From the NCBI RefSeq assembly GCF_947487805.1, contig NZ_CANKXW010000001.1:935580-999579 (forward strand): a stretch of 64,000 bases of DNA. The letters are read 5' to 3'. Below are positions 63,520-64,000 of this stretch, one piece after another; position 1 is the first letter of the stretch; each line of letters begins with the position of its first letter. Below the pieces are notes generated by a model. That model did no database searches, was not told the DNA's origin, and saw only the letters and a list, made by a program, of their open reading frames with translations. Origin of the DNA: an uncultured Tateyamaria sp. (GTDB lineage Bacteria; Pseudomonadota; Alphaproteobacteria; Rhodobacterales; Rhodobacteraceae). The position numbers and the translations under genes were made by a program.

Positions 63520-64000
63520 ATGCGAACGGACGAGATCGAAGCCCTCTTTCGCCGCGAGAGCGGAGACTACGTCTTTGCCCGCTGGGGCCGCCCCATCGCG
63601 CCGGTGGTGTTCGGCGTCACGGATGATACGCTGGGTGTGATCAAGGGCGCGATTGATGCCGTGTGCCAACTGGCGGGCCACGACACCGCCGAGACGGACA
63701 CCGAACTGGGCGCGAACTTCATGTGGTTCTTCTTCAAGGACTGGGCCGAATTGCCAGAGGTGCCGAGCCTCGACCGCATGATCCCGGACCTTGGTCCGCT
63801 CGTTGCGCGGTTGCAGGCGGCGGATGCCAACCAGTACCGCATCTTCCGCTTTGACGAACACGGCGCGATCAAGGCGTGTTTCGTGTTCCTGCGGATGGAT
63901 GACGCGCTGGCGGCTGTGTCGGCGGACACACTCGCGCTCAGCCAGGTGGTGCAGTCGGTGCTCTTGTGGTCCGATCTGGCGTTCCGGGATCGTTCGCCCT
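63520..64000 (+). CDS. hypothetical protein, 5' part (runs off the window)
   Basis: I translated this by hand from ATG 63520 as MRTDEIEALFRRESGDYVFARWGRPIAPVVFGVTDDTLGVIKGAIDAVCQLAGHD...FRFDEHGAIKACFVFLRMDD... The frame stays open to the window end, third positions are strongly G/C, and it starts 9 nt after the ruvB stop. It is not in the ORF track because no stop lies in the window. Confidence 0.6.
   Translation, partial: MRTDEIEALFRRESGDYVFARWGRPIAPVVFGVTDDTLGVIKGAIDAVCQLAGHDTAETDTELGANFMWFFFKDWAELPEVPSLDRMIPDLGPLVARLQAADANQYRIFRFDEHGAIKACFVFLRMDDALAAVSADTLALSQVVQSVLLWSDLAFRDRSP

Noticed and set aside
1-64000. I looked for CRISPR arrays, tRNA/rRNA genes, IS elements and toxin-antitoxin or known defence-system genes.
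   Set aside because: I saw no regularly spaced direct repeats, no tRNA-like cloverleaf candidates or rRNA-like stretches in the intergenic regions, and no transposase-, nuclease- or defence-type ORFs. My manual scan could miss short or degenerate elements.

Overview
The window is a GC-rich, densely coding chromosomal segment. Gene content and codon usage suggest an alphaproteobacterium of the Rhodobacterales type, which is an inference. All family calls come from reading the translated ORFs by eye; no BLAST or HMM search was possible.

Layout from left to right:
- An MttB-family methyltransferase (192-1736).
- A urease operon, ureDAB-[Tat-exported cyclase]-[small ORF]-[SRPBCC]-ureC-ureEFG (1833-8435, minus strand).
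- A large aerobic-type cobalamin cluster (8572-26601): cobF, a CbiM-like transporter behind a cobalamin riboswitch, cobA-B-M-E-L, an antisense-embedded cobK, cobJ-I-H-G-N-W plus a DUF1636-like gene behind a second riboswitch, then cobO, a YdjM-like membrane hydrolase and cobQ.
- A complete ATP-grasp / alpha-E / transglutaminase / Anbu (proteasome-like) operon (27018-30972).
- marR, an acyl-CoA dehydrogenase, and a translationally coupled pair of unknown-function genes (33217-35360).
- truA.
- A tightly packed ycjX-GNAT-ycjF-cNMP/TrxR-like operon followed by a giant DUF2339-like membrane protein (36266-43492).
- Housekeeping genes: ileS, priA, fsa, DUF484-xerC, pcs, ogt, prmA, ruvCAB, plus transporters.

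I found no rRNA, tRNA, CRISPR array or transposase.

The best candidates for under-described biology are:
- the ycjX-GNAT-ycjF-cNMP/TrxR-like-DUF2339 block;
- the Anbu operon;
- the orphan 546-aa plus 168-aa pair;
- the boxed-in antisense cobK;
- a structured GC-rich repeat family that flanks ileS in inverted orientation.
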